NCBI GenBank assembly: GCA_963803145.1
Contig: CAWDLW010000023.1
Coordinates: forward strand, 147,953-211,952
Source: Methanotrichaceae archaeon
GTDB lineage: Archaea; Halobacteriota; Methanosarcinia; Methanotrichales; Methanotrichaceae
DNA length: 64,000 nt
Direction: 5' to 3'
Made by a program: the position numbers and the translations under genes. Within the stretch, counting starts at the first letter, position 1. Every line of letters starts with the position of its first letter. Below are positions 9,746-19,935 of this stretch, one piece after another. Below the pieces are notes generated by a model. It was given only the letters and a program-made list of their open reading frames with translations. It had not been told where the DNA came from and did no database searches.

Positions 9746-10156
9746 CACCCGCCTCAGTGCTGCCATTATTATGCAATACAGGATTGTTCTATGTCATTTT
9801 TACTATTTCATAGAAAAATACCATAGAATGATTTCGGAACACTCGCCTTAGAAGTACTGCATCTTTGGGATCTGATGGGGGAATGTTCCCTTTGGAGCAG
9901 CCCGACGTGGACATCTCCAGTATATATTTAGAGAGCGGAACAGTCCTACTCCTTTGCATAGTTTTGCCAATTCTCACGATCTTGAGGGGTTTTGAAGTAA
10001 ATAGTATACTCTCGGCCCTTGACCTCTTTGGGCGGCATGAGCTCTTTTTAAGCTTTTTAAGCGGTCTCATCATTTGAGCTTGCCTGCAATCGTAAGGTTA
10101 AAATATTATTACGTAACTAACTTCAGGTTATCAATAGTAGAGGTAAATAAAAAGCC

Positions 10157-11212
10157 ATGGAAACTCTAATTCATACTTCACCGGATAAGATCACGACACC
10201 CGAGGTGGTCATCCCTCCAGAAGGAGAATTTCTGGATGCATACTCGAGAGCAGTGATCAATGCAGCAGAAAGGGTCAAACCGTCGGTTGTGAACGTTGAG
10301 GTTTACCACGGATCTGGCAGCGCCAGGCTCAACCCCCAGATGAACCGCGGGGCGAAGGGCAGCGGCTCAGGCTTCATATTCACACCGGATGGATTCATAC
10401 TCACAAACAGCCATGTGGTTCACAGGGCTTCAAAGATAGAAGTGACTCTGCAGGATGGCAAAAAGCTCCAGGCAAAAGTCATCGGCGATGATCCCTACAC
10501 AGATCTTGCCGTTATCAAGATCGATGCCTCAGACCTAACACCGGTCCAGTTCGGAGATTCAAAATCGATAAAGGTTGGCCAGCTGGTAATAGCCATCGGA
10601 AACCCATATGGATTCCAGTGCACAATTACGTCAGGAGTTGTGAGCGCTATGGGCCGCACTCTCAGAACAGACTCGGGAAGGCTGGTGGATGATGTCATCC
10701 AGACAGATGCAGCCCTTAACCCAGGAAATTCTGGTGGCCCACTCATAACGTCTCAGGGAAATGTCATCGGCGTGAACACTGCCATAATCTACCCAGCCCA
10801 AGGCATCTGCTTTGCCATACCCTCGAGCGTTGCACAATCGATTGCATCAAGGCTTATCAAGGATGGCAAGATCAGGCGCGGCTATATAGGCGTCGTCGGG
10901 CAGGATGTAACTCCTGAGAGCTATGTCGTCAAGACCTTCGGCCTGCAGTGCGATAAAGGCGTGCTCGTTGTTCGCATCGAGAAGGATGGGCCTGCAGATA
11001 AGGCCGGCCTGCTAAACGGCGATGTGATCGTGAGCCTTGATGGCAAGGCGATTACAAACGTCGATGAGCTTCACAAACATCTCACCGAGGACAAGATAAA
11101 CACGAGGTCGTTGCTCGATGTGCTGAGAATGTCCGATAAGCTCAGCATCGAGGTCATACCTGAGGAGCTGAAAGCTGAAAGCGTCTCAGAGCACCTCATC
11201 ATCGAGAATTAA
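10157..11212 (+). CDS. HtrA/DegP-family serine protease with PDZ domain
   Basis: TNSHVV, DLAVIK, IQTDAALNPGNSGGPL, C-terminal PDZ; no signal peptide. Confidence 0.95.
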   Translation: METLIHTSPDKITTPEVVIPPEGEFLDAYSRAVINAAERVKPSVVNVEVYHGSGSARLNPQMNRGAKGSGSGFIFTPDGFILTNSHVVHRASKIEVTLQDGKKLQAKVIGDDPYTDLAVIKIDASDLTPVQFGDSKSIKVGQLVIAIGNPYGFQCTITSGVVSAMGRTLRTDSGRLVDDVIQTDAALNPGNSGGPLITSQGNVIGVNTAIIYPAQGICFAIPSSVAQSIASRLIKDGKIRRGYIGVVGQDVTPESYVVKTFGLQCDKGVLVVRIEKDGPADKAGLLNGDVIVSLDGKAITNVDELHKHLTEDKINTRSLLDVLRMSDKLSIEVIPEELKAESVSEHLIIEN

Positions 11213-11257
11213 TTAAACATTTAGAGACATTAACCGATAAAATCTAAATCGGTCTCC

Positions 11258-11286
11258 AGTGGGCTCTTACTTCAAAGAGTCCCACT
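11258..11286 (+). terminator. hairpin downstream of HtrA gene
   Basis: AGTGGG-CTCTT...AAGAG-T-CCCACT. Confidence 0.35.
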
Positions 11287-11346
11287 TCATACTATTTTGA
11301 AACCAATTTATGAGGAAAATATTTTTGTAAGACGAATCACAAATAA

Positions 11347-12072
11347 TTGTTGATTATGACTATTATTATCAGAACCCCGGAGAGCATCTACCAGGCATAC
11401 GGCAATATCGAGAACGGCACCTTCCATGGTCGCTGGCACTTCAGCTTCGGCGATAATTATGATCCAGAGCATATGAGCTTTGGAACGCTAAGAGTATTCA
11501 ATGATGATACTCTGTCTCCTGGCGCAATCTGGCCGTTACATCCTCACAAGGAGATTGAAGTTGTGACCTACTGCGCAGATGGCGAGTTCAGGCACGCTGA
11601 TAAGCATGGTGTGGGAGGAATCCTGAAAAAAGGATGGGTACAGCATACAACAGTCGGCAAAGGGATGTGGCACTCAGAGATCAATAACCGCCCAGATGTT
11701 CCAATGAGGTTTATCCAAATGTGGTTCGTGCCATCAGCCAGAGGTCTTAAGCCGTCTGTAGAGCAGAGGGGGATCGAGAAATCAGAGAGGACAAACAGAT
11801 TTCTGCCGCTTGTATCGAATGCCCATTCGGGAGCTCTACATATAAACTCCGATGCGAAAGTTTTCTCATGCTTTCTTCAAGGTGGAAGAGATATCGTCCA
11901 TTCCATTGAGCCGGAGCATGGGAGTTATCTCTACGTGATCGAGGGCGGGCCTGCAAAAGTTAGCGACGAAGTTGTTGAAACTTTCGGTGCGGCGATGATC
12001 TCTGGCGAGTCGACGATTAATGTTAATGCAGAGAATGATGCCGAGCTCCTGCTGGTTGAGGTGATGCTTTAG
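11347..12072 (+). CDS. pirin family protein (YhhW-like)
   Basis: HFSFG..YDP....FGTLRVFNDD, HPH..IEVVTY, HSEIN, QMWF. Confidence 0.9.
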   Translation: MLIMTIIIRTPESIYQAYGNIENGTFHGRWHFSFGDNYDPEHMSFGTLRVFNDDTLSPGAIWPLHPHKEIEVVTYCADGEFRHADKHGVGGILKKGWVQHTTVGKGMWHSEINNRPDVPMRFIQMWFVPSARGLKPSVEQRGIEKSERTNRFLPLVSNAHSGALHINSDAKVFSCFLQGGRDIVHSIEPEHGSYLYVIEGGPAKVSDEVVETFGAAMISGESTINVNAENDAELLLVEVML

Positions 12073-12324
12073 CAATTATTAGCGCATTCTGAAACTGATC
12101 AAAAATTAAACAATGCTAGTATCCAAGCTAAACATAATCACGGTTAGATGCGTACAAGAATGCAGTATTTATCGAATAAGGAGTTAAAATACTTAATGAA
12201 TAATTTTATATGTTATATGTTCTATAAGCTTCTAGGATACCCGAATTAACGGAATATTAAACAAACACAGGCGGTTAAGTAATCCTCCAGATGCCTGCGA
12301 GTATCCCAACTCCGAGGTGATAAA

Positions 12325-13032
12325 ATGAAAATAGTGCTAATATTCCTGTACCTCCTGATAGCCCTGATAGCTCCTGGCAGCTCTCAGACTGATCTGAGCA
12401 CAGCGGCTGTTAAAAATGAAACCGTTCAGATCTCCAGCGGAGGCAAAATATACCCCGCATATTTTGCAGCTCCCAATGAGGGCAAATGGCCTGCCGTGGT
12501 CCTGATTCACTCATTCAATGGCCTTGAGCCCGGCTACAAAACACTATGCAATAATTTTGCTTCCCTTGGATTCGCAGTGATAGTTCCTGAGTGGCAGACG
12601 TTCAATAAGAGTCCCAGAGATGAAGTGGTCGGACAGCTGATCAAGGATTCCATTGCATATCTCAAGACCAGGAATGAAGCCAACTCCAGCTCTCTCGGGC
12701 TCACAGGATTTTGCGCAGGCGGAAGGTATACTATGCTCTTCCTGCCCCAAATGCCGGAATTCAAATCTGGCGTTGCCTGGTACGGCTTCCCTTATTCCGG
12801 CGGTTCTAACAATCAATCAAAACCTGCTGACTTCATAGGCCAGCTAAAGACACCGATACTGATGATCCATGGAACACATGATCAGTCCAGCAAGATTTCG
12901 GATATCTACCGCTATGCTACTGATCTAAATGCGTCGGGCAAATACTTCGAGCTGAAGGTCTACTACGGCGAGCCGCATGGATTTATGGTTCAAAACGGCC
13001 AGCTCTCGCAGAGCTTCGGCATGGCCATGTGA
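12325..13032 (+). CDS. secreted dienelactone hydrolase family protein, probably C-terminally clipped
   Basis: Signal peptide; GFCAGG nucleophile, HGTHD, PHGF; ends about 15 aa after the catalytic His. Confidence 0.8.
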   Translation: MKIVLIFLYLLIALIAPGSSQTDLSTAAVKNETVQISSGGKIYPAYFAAPNEGKWPAVVLIHSFNGLEPGYKTLCNNFASLGFAVIVPEWQTFNKSPRDEVVGQLIKDSIAYLKTRNEANSSSLGLTGFCAGGRYTMLFLPQMPEFKSGVAWYGFPYSGGSNNQSKPADFIGQLKTPILMIHGTHDQSSKISDIYRYATDLNASGKYFELKVYYGEPHGFMVQNGQLSQSFGMAM

Positions 13033-13198
13033 TTCCCAAATTTGGTTCTTCCCTGTTTCAAGTGAAGAAAACTGTCTTCCTAAGCTGTATCCGTTAGCCA
13101 AAACTAATCACTCTTAGAGTTTATTGCTCCCTAAGATATTTTTAAATATTGGTATAGATTACCAGGTCACTAACTAAAGATCCAGGCGGGGAAAACTC

Positions 13199-14434
13199 TT
13201 GGAAAATAATGAGATCTACTTTACAGGCATAGGGTTTATTGCACTGGGTATTGCTATGATGGTCATTACTCTTCCTGCACTTTCCACCAGCTCTTCTTCA
13301 CAGGAAGCCCTCATCCCCTCCTTAAATATGACTGTTCCCTTTCCACCAATCCCCGCACCAAGCGATGGAGTTGTGAATCTTGCATATGAGCTTGAGACAT
13401 CGAAGTTTGTGGAAAAGGGATGGACTCTAGTGAAAGCGGAAGTGGTGGACAAGGAAACTGGAGAGGTTCTGCTATCTCTGGAGGGAGATGACCTAAAACA
13501 GAAATACCACCCTGCTTCGAACCTGACCCCACAGGAACTAAAGGGTCTGACGCGCAACATAAGCATTCCAAGAATCTCTTTCTGGCTGAGGCTCGATGCA
13601 AGTAAAAAAATTCCCCAAGCGCTCCTTCACCGTCTCACCTTCACGTCGGCTGGTGATGGTGGCAATATATCACCCATAATCCTAACCGGCGGCGAAACCC
13701 CTGTGCTCTTTGAGGTAAAGCCGGTGGTCCTGGGACCGCCCCTGAAAGGCGACGGCTGGCTAGCTATGGAAACCACCCAGGGTTATACCCATCACTTCCT
13801 CTCCCAGTTCACGTACAACGGCGTGACCCGCGTACCTGAGCGGTTTGCCCAGGACTGGCTGCTCTTCAATACCACCATGGGCGACTTCGCATACGGTGAT
13901 GGAAAGAAGAATGAAGAATGGTATGGGTATGGCAAGGAGATCATCGCCGTTGCTGATGGAACTGTAGCGAAGGTCCGCGATGGCATCCCTGATAATCCAG
14001 TGGTGGGTGTCATGGGATCGGATCTCTCAGGCAACTACCTAGTTCTCGATATAGGGAACTCCACCTATGCGGACTATCTTCACTTTATCCCAGGAAGCTT
14101 CAAGGTAAAGGAAGGCGAAAGAGTTCACGCCGGGGACACCCTCGGGCTCCTGGGCAACAGCGGCGGATCCCTGGCCCCACATCTACACTTCCAGGTAACC
14201 AATGGACCTGAGATCTTTGACGAAGGGGTCCCATATGTCCTGAGATCCTTTAATGTATCAGGCCGGTTGCCTTCAGGAGGGTGCAGCTACTATGGCATGG
14301 TATTGCCTGATGCTCTTGTAAGGCATTTCATCGAGGGGAACTGCTCCAACAGCAGCCCAGAATTATATTCGCAGCCTCGGCACCACGAGAATCAGATAGT
14401 AGAGAATTTGGCTTTGATATCTTTCCCTAAGTGA
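13199..14434 (+). CDS. M23 family metallopeptidase, exported/membrane-anchored
   Basis: N-terminal hydrophobic segment; RFAQDW, AVADGTV, GNYLVLD, YLH, GNSGGS..PHLHFQV. Confidence 0.85.
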   Translation: MENNEIYFTGIGFIALGIAMMVITLPALSTSSSSQEALIPSLNMTVPFPPIPAPSDGVVNLAYELETSKFVEKGWTLVKAEVVDKETGEVLLSLEGDDLKQKYHPASNLTPQELKGLTRNISIPRISFWLRLDASKKIPQALLHRLTFTSAGDGGNISPIILTGGETPVLFEVKPVVLGPPLKGDGWLAMETTQGYTHHFLSQFTYNGVTRVPERFAQDWLLFNTTMGDFAYGDGKKNEEWYGYGKEIIAVADGTVAKVRDGIPDNPVVGVMGSDLSGNYLVLDIGNSTYADYLHFIPGSFKVKEGERVHAGDTLGLLGNSGGSLAPHLHFQVTNGPEIFDEGVPYVLRSFNVSGRLPSGGCSYYGMVLPDALVRHFIEGNCSNSSPELYSQPRHHENQIVENLALISFPK

Positions 14435-14524
14435 TGAGATGAAAAAGAAAATGGGGGAGGTGTGATATTTTATTGTTTACATCGAGACCTCCTTTTAGCC
14501 ATCCCCTTTGATATTGATAAAGCC

Positions 14525-16033
14525 CTAGTCTCTCAGCGAATCTCTGTAAAACTTTCTAAGATCGGATATCAGCTCCTTCCTCGCAGCCTTATCCAGATAC
14601 GGCATATGGCCAGCCAAATAAGTCTTGATCTGGATATTGGATTCAATCTCTGGGGGCAGATTCATCTGCTTTATATCGAAGAGGACCCTATCGTAGGGCA
14701 CTGAAAGATCGAAGAGGCCGGAGATGGTGATGACCTTCAGGTGAGGATCATCTCTCATGGCCTGAGCCAGATCGTCGCCCGCGTAGGTGTACTTCCCTTC
14801 CTCGTCTCTCATACCCCATTTCCAATCAGGGTTATCAAAACCTTTAGTGTAGTACTTATCCGTTCTGTAGCCCAGATTTTGGAGCAAGGAATTAAAGGTG
14901 GTATCGATTCCCGGCTCTGTCCTTTGAATGAGGGGGTCACCCATGGGGTCATTACTGATGGGGCCTTTGATGCGGCTATCATACCAACTTAATTGTTGAC
15001 GATCTTTCTTAAAGAGATCATTTACCATATCTGTGAGATTGAGCTTAAGGTTGTTGTTTACAATGGTGTCCTCATCAAGGCCAGTGTACTCGACCAGCCT
15101 TTTTATGACTCCATCCCTCTTCGACCCTTTAAGATCGTTCCCGGACCAGAGGGCCTGGAGATATTCACCTGATGCCCAGGATCGAGACTCATTGAGGACT
15201 TCATCCAGAGTCATATTCAGCAGCCTTGGACTGGTCTTCTTATAATACCAGGTCGTCGCCGCCATGACGGGAAGAGAGGTGACGGACCAGCTGAAGTCGG
15301 CAGGATCGCCTTGAAGACTTGACGGGTAATCTATGGCGGGCGAGATGAGAATGGCTCCCGAGGGATAGATCCCCAGCTTGTGGAGCTTCGAGGCCATGCC
15401 CGCTGTTCTGAGACCTCCGTAGCTCTCTCCGCCAATAAAGACCGGGGAATCTGTCCTGTTATTCCTCTCCAAGTAGACTCTGACGAACTCGGACATGGAG
15501 GCGATATCGCTGTCCACGTTCCAGAACTTGGTGTTCTTAGACCTAGGCACAGCTTCGCTGAATCCGGTCCCTACGGGATCCATGAAAACTAGATCGGTGA
15601 TGTTTAAGAGGGTATCGGGGTTGTCCTCAAGCCGATAAGGAGGTCCCTGGAGAATAGTGCCGTTGCCCAAGGGCAGGGTCTTGGGACCAAAGCCGATGAG
15701 ATTTACCATCTGAGATGGAAATCCCGGACCGCCGTTGAAGAAGAAGGAGATAGGTCGGCGGGAATCGTTCCCTTTCTTGATGTACGCCAGGTAGAATATT
15801 CGAGCCGTCATGTTCCCGGCTACATCATAGCAGGGCATAAGGCCTGCAGTCACGTTGTACTCTATGGTATCTCCCCCCAGAACGATCTCCTGGTGGGCCG
15901 TGACCGGCATCTCTGGCAAGGCGGCAGAGGAACTAGCATTGGTATTATCAATAGCTGCTCCAGAGCCCACTGCCATCAGGGCAAAGCACATTGTTAACAC
16001 TGTCCAGAATGGCAAGTTCAAACTCTTTATCAA
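14525..16033 (-). CDS. S10 family serine carboxypeptidase, secreted
   Basis: FNGGPG, DPVGTGFS, GESYGG, G.FDL, AGHMPY; signal peptide. Confidence 0.9.
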   Translation of the reverse strand: MIKSLNLPFWTVLTMCFALMAVGSGAAIDNTNASSSAALPEMPVTAHQEIVLGGDTIEYNVTAGLMPCYDVAGNMTARIFYLAYIKKGNDSRRPISFFFNGGPGFPSQMVNLIGFGPKTLPLGNGTILQGPPYRLEDNPDTLLNITDLVFMDPVGTGFSEAVPRSKNTKFWNVDSDIASMSEFVRVYLERNNRTDSPVFIGGESYGGLRTAGMASKLHKLGIYPSGAILISPAIDYPSSLQGDPADFSWSVTSLPVMAATTWYYKKTSPRLLNMTLDEVLNESRSWASGEYLQALWSGNDLKGSKRDGVIKRLVEYTGLDEDTIVNNNLKLNLTDMVNDLFKKDRQQLSWYDSRIKGPISNDPMGDPLIQRTEPGIDTTFNSLLQNLGYRTDKYYTKGFDNPDWKWGMRDEEGKYTYAGDDLAQAMRDDPHLKVITISGLFDLSVPYDRVLFDIKQMNLPPEIESNIQIKTYLAGHMPYLDKAARKELISDLRKFYRDSLRD

Positions 16034-16283
16034 TTTTTCACCTGATTTTTGACCCTAATCTTCAATAATGATAAGGATTTCGGCTTGATGAAACAGCAAT
16101 GATCTAAAGAGTTTTCACTTGACACATGAATACAGAAAGCAAATTTCCAAGCACGGGTCCTTCTTTAAATATCAGTAGTTTTCACGCCACCTCAGATAGA
16201 GCTAAGTATTTATAAATGCTCTATCTATTTACAACAAAAAGATTAATAAAAAGATATTAAGAATATCTGAGGAGAGAATATTA

Positions 16284-18380
16284 ATGATATTATCGAAGAC
16301 CCCCAGGGGAAACCTCTTTGAAGCGATATTGACGATAGTACTCTTGACGCTGATTTTGCAGCCGATGATGCTGTTAGCGACCGCAGCTGACATAGGTACC
16401 TCTGCCACAGGAAATGGAGGATCGAAGGCCGTATGGACTATCAACGATACCTTCAAAGTAGCCGGAATCAGTGCTGTGGATGTATCCCCCGACGGCAAGA
16501 GGGTGGCCTATGCCGTGAAGAGGGCGGTTATGACCTCTGATAAAAGCGAGTTCCAATCCCAGATATATTTAACTGATATCGATGGCAATAACACTATTCA
16601 GCTTACCCAAGGGAATTCATCGAACGATAATCCTCAGTGGTCTCCAGACGGAAAGATGATAGCCTTCACCTCTACAAGATCCGGGAAGCCTGAGATATGG
16701 GCGATACCAGTAGATGGAGGCGAGGCTGTTCAGGTTACTGATGTGGATACCAGCGCAGGTGCGTTCAAGTGGTCTCCGGACGGAAAGAACATAGGCTTCC
16801 TGACACAAGATAACCAGACAGAAGAGCAGAAGAGAGCTGCTGCTGAGAAGGATGATCCCCAGGTTGTAGACAAGGATGTCTACGTCTGGGGCCAGCCCAT
16901 AGCCATGACCCATCTCTGGCTTGCAGAGAAAAACCCCTCAGGCATATACGAAGTGCGCAGGATTACCTCTGGGAACTTCAGCGTCTTCGACTGGGATTGG
17001 TCTCCGGATGGCAGGAGCATCGCCTTCTCCTATGGTCCAGGGTCCGCTTTACAGCAAGAGCTTCAGTCCAACATATCCAAGGTGGACGTGGGAACTGAGA
17101 AGGTAGTTCCCCTGGTAAGCACCGAGGCCAATGAATATGGTCCCAGATACTCGCCCGATGGCCGGCAGATCGCCTACTGCACGGCTCCATCTCTATCTCT
17201 GATAGATAAGGCGCAGGTCAAATTGATTCCTTCCAGTGGAGGTGAATCCAAGCCCCTGGCCGACGTGGATAACCTTTACCCAGGCGTCTTCTCACCCATA
17301 GGCTGGTCTAAAGATGGACAGGAAATTTACTTCCTTATACCTAAGGGCACCAAGCAGGCGATAATTGCCCTGCCGTCCAACGGGAGCAGGCCTAGAGAGC
17401 TCTTTGAGGGCGGACAAATAGAGAACGTAAAGCTGAACTACAACAGGAGCATGCTTGGCTTTGAGATGGATAGCCTACTAGAACCCCCTGATGCCTATGT
17501 CTCCAGGACTGATGACATGCGCCCTGTGAAGGTCAGCGATATCAATGAAGGCCTGCCTATCCAGGGCCTTGGAAAGACTGATGTCATAAGCTGGAACTCC
17601 ACAGACAGCTGGAAAATAGAAGGCCTCTTGACCTATCCGGCCGGTTATCAGCCCGGGAAAAAGTACCCATTGCTGCTTATGATCCACGGAGGACCCACTG
17701 GAGCCTTCATACAGAGCTTCATAGGCATCAGCGACTTCCTGCCTAATTTACCCGTCTACCCTCTGGGCGCTTTCTCCTCTCAGGGATATGCCGTGCTCAG
17801 ATGCAATCCCAGAGGCTCGACGGACAACGGCACCGTGTTCAGGATGGCCAACAAGGGCGATTTGGGTGGCATGGATCGCCAGGATATCCTGGCAGGCGTA
17901 GACCATGTAGTGGCCATGGGCATAGCTGATCCCGACCGCCTGGGCGTGATGGGCTGGAGCTATGGCGGTTACATGACCTCCTTCCTTATCACCCAGACAA
18001 ACATGTTCAAGGCAGCCTCGGTTGGGGCAGGACCTGTAGACTGGATCAGCATGATGGGTACATGCGACTCTCCCGATGCCTTCCCTAAGCTCATCGGCGC
18101 CCAGTTCTGGAATGACTACAGCCGATACTCATCCATCTCGACCATGTTCCATATCCAGAACGTCACCACCCCAACCCTCATACAGCACGGGTCTGAGGAT
18201 GTTACAGTGCCCACATCCCAGGCCAGGGAGCTCTACAGCGCCCTCAAGGCGAGAGGAGTGACGACCAAGCTGGTCATTTATCCCCGAACTGCACACGTCC
18301 CTAATGAGCCCAAGCTGTTCAGAGATATCATGAAGGAAAACCAGGAGTGGTTCAATAAGTATGTGCCCGTAAACGACTAG
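16284..18380 (+). CDS. S9 family peptidase (acylaminoacyl/dipeptidyl peptidase) with TolB-like propeller, secreted
   Basis: WSPDG repeats, HGGP, GWSYGG, HGSEDVTVP, catalytic His in TAH. Confidence 0.92.
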   Translation: MILSKTPRGNLFEAILTIVLLTLILQPMMLLATAADIGTSATGNGGSKAVWTINDTFKVAGISAVDVSPDGKRVAYAVKRAVMTSDKSEFQSQIYLTDIDGNNTIQLTQGNSSNDNPQWSPDGKMIAFTSTRSGKPEIWAIPVDGGEAVQVTDVDTSAGAFKWSPDGKNIGFLTQDNQTEEQKRAAAEKDDPQVVDKDVYVWGQPIAMTHLWLAEKNPSGIYEVRRITSGNFSVFDWDWSPDGRSIAFSYGPGSALQQELQSNISKVDVGTEKVVPLVSTEANEYGPRYSPDGRQIAYCTAPSLSLIDKAQVKLIPSSGGESKPLADVDNLYPGVFSPIGWSKDGQEIYFLIPKGTKQAIIALPSNGSRPRELFEGGQIENVKLNYNRSMLGFEMDSLLEPPDAYVSRTDDMRPVKVSDINEGLPIQGLGKTDVISWNSTDSWKIEGLLTYPAGYQPGKKYPLLLMIHGGPTGAFIQSFIGISDFLPNLPVYPLGAFSSQGYAVLRCNPRGSTDNGTVFRMANKGDLGGMDRQDILAGVDHVVAMGIADPDRLGVMGWSYGGYMTSFLITQTNMFKAASVGAGPVDWISMMGTCDSPDAFPKLIGAQFWNDYSRYSSISTMFHIQNVTTPTLIQHGSEDVTVPTSQARELYSALKARGVTTKLVIYPRTAHVPNEPKLFRDIMKENQEWFNKYVPVND

Positions 18381-18510
18381 GGAAGGGTGCCAGATCCTCT
18401 GGCACACCTTTTGATCGTTTTGATATCAAAGGCTATCAAAAGAAATAGAGTCATTAGAGATAAGATATTGATAAAGGATCACTACCTAGATTATATGAGG
18501 AGGGACACTT

Positions 18511-19839
18511 ATAAGATATTGGTCATCCCAAGGACTGGCAATCTGCACGATTCTTGCCATGTTAGCGTTGATACCGTCAATGCAAATGCAGCCAGGATCT
18601 GCAAGGGACGATTTGAAATCCACCGAGATCCAGACGAATTTAGGAGATGCATCATCGCCCAAAGTAAATCTGGATCTGATCTCCACCTTCGAAGGCGGTA
18701 GGCTCTACAGAGCAGGAAAGTTCAATGTTTTAGTCTTGAACGGGAACTATAGAGAGATGGGACGCCAGTACGGCGGACTTTTGGGGCCTCAAATAGAAGC
18801 CACGTACCAAGAATCCTTGAATGTTTCATCAAACACGACTGCCTACCTAGAGAAGGAGATGGGCATGAAAGATCCAGGAGTATCGCTTCAGAACTTCTCC
18901 AATTCCCGTTTTCAGACGTATCCCAAGCGTTTTCAGGAGATGATCTTGGGCATGTCTGAGACCTCTGGGACGTCTGTAGAGAAGATCTGCACCATAAATG
19001 AGTTCTTCGATTACTATCTCTGGAGGATAGCCAATCCAGCGGTATCCAGTTCTGCAAAATTCAATCCCGACCCTGAGCTCCAGGGCCATTGTTCAGCAAT
19101 TACCGCATGGGGCAACTATACCGGAGGAGAACCTCTGGTCATGGGCCGCGACTTCGACTTCCCTCCGGTCTACAAAGATTTAGACAAATACATAGAAGTT
19201 ATAGTTTTTAATCCATCTGATGGCAGCAACTCTGCGGCTGTAATAGCTTATGCGGGAATGGTGGGAGCCATACAATCCTTCAACAAAGCTGGCCTGGTTT
19301 TGGAAGATAATGATGGATCCACCTCGGGTGATATAAACAGGCCATTGGATAGAGGCTCTTTCCTGATCATGGATCTTCAGTACATGTTCGATTGCTCAAC
19401 ATTAGCCGGACTTGATGCAGCCATGAAGAGCAGCCGGACATTTTATCCTCTGGTGTACAACATAGCAGATCCAAAACAGGCCTACTGCTACGAGACTACC
19501 ACCTTTGATGTCAAGAGGAGAGGTGGCATTGACGGCTTGCTTGTGGGGGTAAATCACTTCCTGATCCCGGACTGGAGCAAGGAGGGTATTTTTATAAACA
19601 ATTCCATGGATTCCCTATCACGGCATCAGAACCTGACCGCCCTTGGCAATAAGTATAAAGGAAGGATCAACTCGACAGTCATGCGAGCCATCATGGATAC
19701 TCCCATTGAGAAGGGAGGAGCCACTCTTAATGATACTATCTACCAGTTCGTAGCTGAGCCGGAGCTAAGAGAGATCTGGCTGAAGGCATCAGGATTTGAG
19801 AACTGGACCGAGGTAGATTTAGGCACTTTATTTAATTAG
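18511..19839 (+). CDS. C45 family Ntn-hydrolase (autoproteolytic acyltransferase/peptidase), secreted
   Basis: EMGRQYG, cleavage site GH|CSA, GRDFD, VNHF; start probably ATA 18511 (ORF track gives ATG 18559). Confidence 0.8.
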   Translation: MRYWSSQGLAICTILAMLALIPSMQMQPGSARDDLKSTEIQTNLGDASSPKVNLDLISTFEGGRLYRAGKFNVLVLNGNYREMGRQYGGLLGPQIEATYQESLNVSSNTTAYLEKEMGMKDPGVSLQNFSNSRFQTYPKRFQEMILGMSETSGTSVEKICTINEFFDYYLWRIANPAVSSSAKFNPDPELQGHCSAITAWGNYTGGEPLVMGRDFDFPPVYKDLDKYIEVIVFNPSDGSNSAAVIAYAGMVGAIQSFNKAGLVLEDNDGSTSGDINRPLDRGSFLIMDLQYMFDCSTLAGLDAAMKSSRTFYPLVYNIADPKQAYCYETTTFDVKRRGGIDGLLVGVNHFLIPDWSKEGIFINNSMDSLSRHQNLTALGNKYKGRINSTVMRAIMDTPIEKGGATLNDTIYQFVAEPELREIWLKASGFENWTEVDLGTLFN

Positions 19840-19858
19840 ATTGCAATTAAAGCGCAGG

Positions 19859-19895
19859 CTGCCAGGCTGCTCTGCGGCATCAGTGCCCCTGGCAG
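19859..19895. terminator. hairpin between convergent genes
   Basis: CTGCCAGG...CCTGGCAG. Confidence 0.45.
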
Positions 19896-19935
19896 ACTTC
19901 TCTATTTATCTCCTATGAAAGGATTTTTAAGCGGG

